Shown here piece by piece: positions 60,213 to 64,000 of a stretch of 64,000 bases of DNA (its first letter is position 1; every line of letters starts with the position of its first letter). The DNA lies in the NCBI RefSeq assembly GCF_009914755.1, contig NC_060926.1; one strand, given 5' to 3'. The DNA is from the human T2T-CHM13v2.0 reference genome, Homo sapiens. The notes under the pieces were generated by a model. It made no database searches and had not been told where the DNA came from. It was given only the letters and a program-made list of their open reading frames with translations. The position numbers and the translations under genes are program-made.

Positions 60213-61489
60213 AGAATGATCTCAAGAACTCGGGTTAAAGTTAAAATGAAAGTAAGCACGAGCATGTAGAGCTACAGAGATGAGTAAAGAGTACACAAAA
60301 CCCACCTCAATAGAAACACAGCTACAGCTTTTTCTTTTTAAAGTGAGTTGTGGGGACAGTAAGCAGATATTTAGGGGAAGATAGATTAGGCCTGTCATCC
60401 AGATGCAAGGAATATTATATGCTTTTTTTAGACATAATGCAGTTGCACACTTAGTAGACAACAGAATAGTGTAAACATTTTTATATGCACTGAGAAACAA
60501 AAAAAAAATTGTGTGACTTGCTTGATTGTGATATTGACTTGATGGTGATGGTTTGGAACTGAACCCGCTGTGACTCTGAGTTAGGCCTGGATGTCACACT
60601 ATGTTCATCCATTCATCTGTCAGTGAACACTTGGGCTCACCTTTAGGCTACTGTGAATAAGGCTTCTCTGAACATGGGGTTTCAAATATCTTCAGAGAGA
60701 TTTTTTTAGAAGCTTCCCATGGGGTTTGAATATGCAGCTATGGTTGAGAGCCATTATAAAAGACATTCCCTAGAGATTGTGAGGGGCCCAGGGAAGGGGC
60801 ACCGCCCCCTTTTGGGAGCATTTGTCCCAGAAGAAGCTGGAGCAAGAGGCCACAGCAACCATTGTCCCCAACCCCATCTGTTCTGTCAGGACCCAGGGCT
60901 TCTTTCATGCTCATAATTTTATTTCATAAAGATCTTAGACCCTGACTCAGGCTTAGGCCCAGGTACCAGTCAGGCTACAGGACCAGAGAATGGCCTAGGG
61001 TGCAATGATGAGTAATTTTTAGTAGAAGGGAACAGTTGGTTTTAATAGTAGGATAAGGTAGAATTATGGATTAGTTGTCTTTATTCAGCAGCAACTTAAT
61101 CAGCTCCTACAGGCCCCTGGACTTGGAATGAGATCTGGGAGCTCTTGTGGTAAAGAAACCTATGCCACCCCTCAGGTGTCCAAGTCTACTGAAGGAGACA
61201 GATGTCTACACTGCTGATTACCTGACATGATGATATAGTTAGGATGGAATAACTGGATTGAGCCAACTATGATAGCGTGCCCCTTCCCTGGGCCCCTGAC
61301 AATCTCTAGGGAATGTCTTTTATAATGGTTCTCAACCATAGCTGCATATTCAAACCCCATGGGAAGCTTCTAAAAAAATCTCTCTGAAGATATTTGAAAC
61401 CCCATGTTCAGAGAAGCCTTACTCACAGTAGCCTAAAGGTGAGCCCAAGTGTTCACTGACAGATGAATGGATGAACATAGTGTGACATC

Positions 61490-64000
<2,511 letters not shown>

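Noticed and set aside
60719-61360. Twin ORFs MGFEYAAMVE.. on opposite strands as a duplicated small gene
   Set aside because: A by-product of the inverted repeat; no splice, promoter or homology support.

Overview
Human/primate intronic DNA from the middle of SGPP2 (sphingosine-1-phosphate phosphatase 2, PAP2 family) on the + strand. Three internal coding exons are present (7787-7945, 54987-55166, 58164-58253). All are phase 0 with canonical AG/GT sites, separated by introns of about 47 kb and 3 kb; the first and last exons lie outside the window. The rest is intron rich in transposable elements: about 20 Alus, L1 fragments, a two-LTR THE1 provirus, several solo LTRs, and Tigger, MER1 and MER85 DNA elements. 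It also holds an ancient near full-length GAPDH processed pseudogene, a U6 retrocopy and a ~930 bp TG/TA repeat. I see no evidence of a new protein-coding system, and nearly all ORFs in the track are repeat-derived noise. The most notable structures are: (1) a ~384 bp, ~98% identical inverted repeat in the intron after the last exon shown; (2) a chimeric U6 retrocopy fused to an unidentified 3' segment inside one target-site duplication; (3) a templated duplication-plus-inversion bracketing exon 2; (4) ancestral-looking states in the GAPDH pseudogene. Repeat family names come from recalled consensus sequences rather than a search, and repeat boundaries are approximate.
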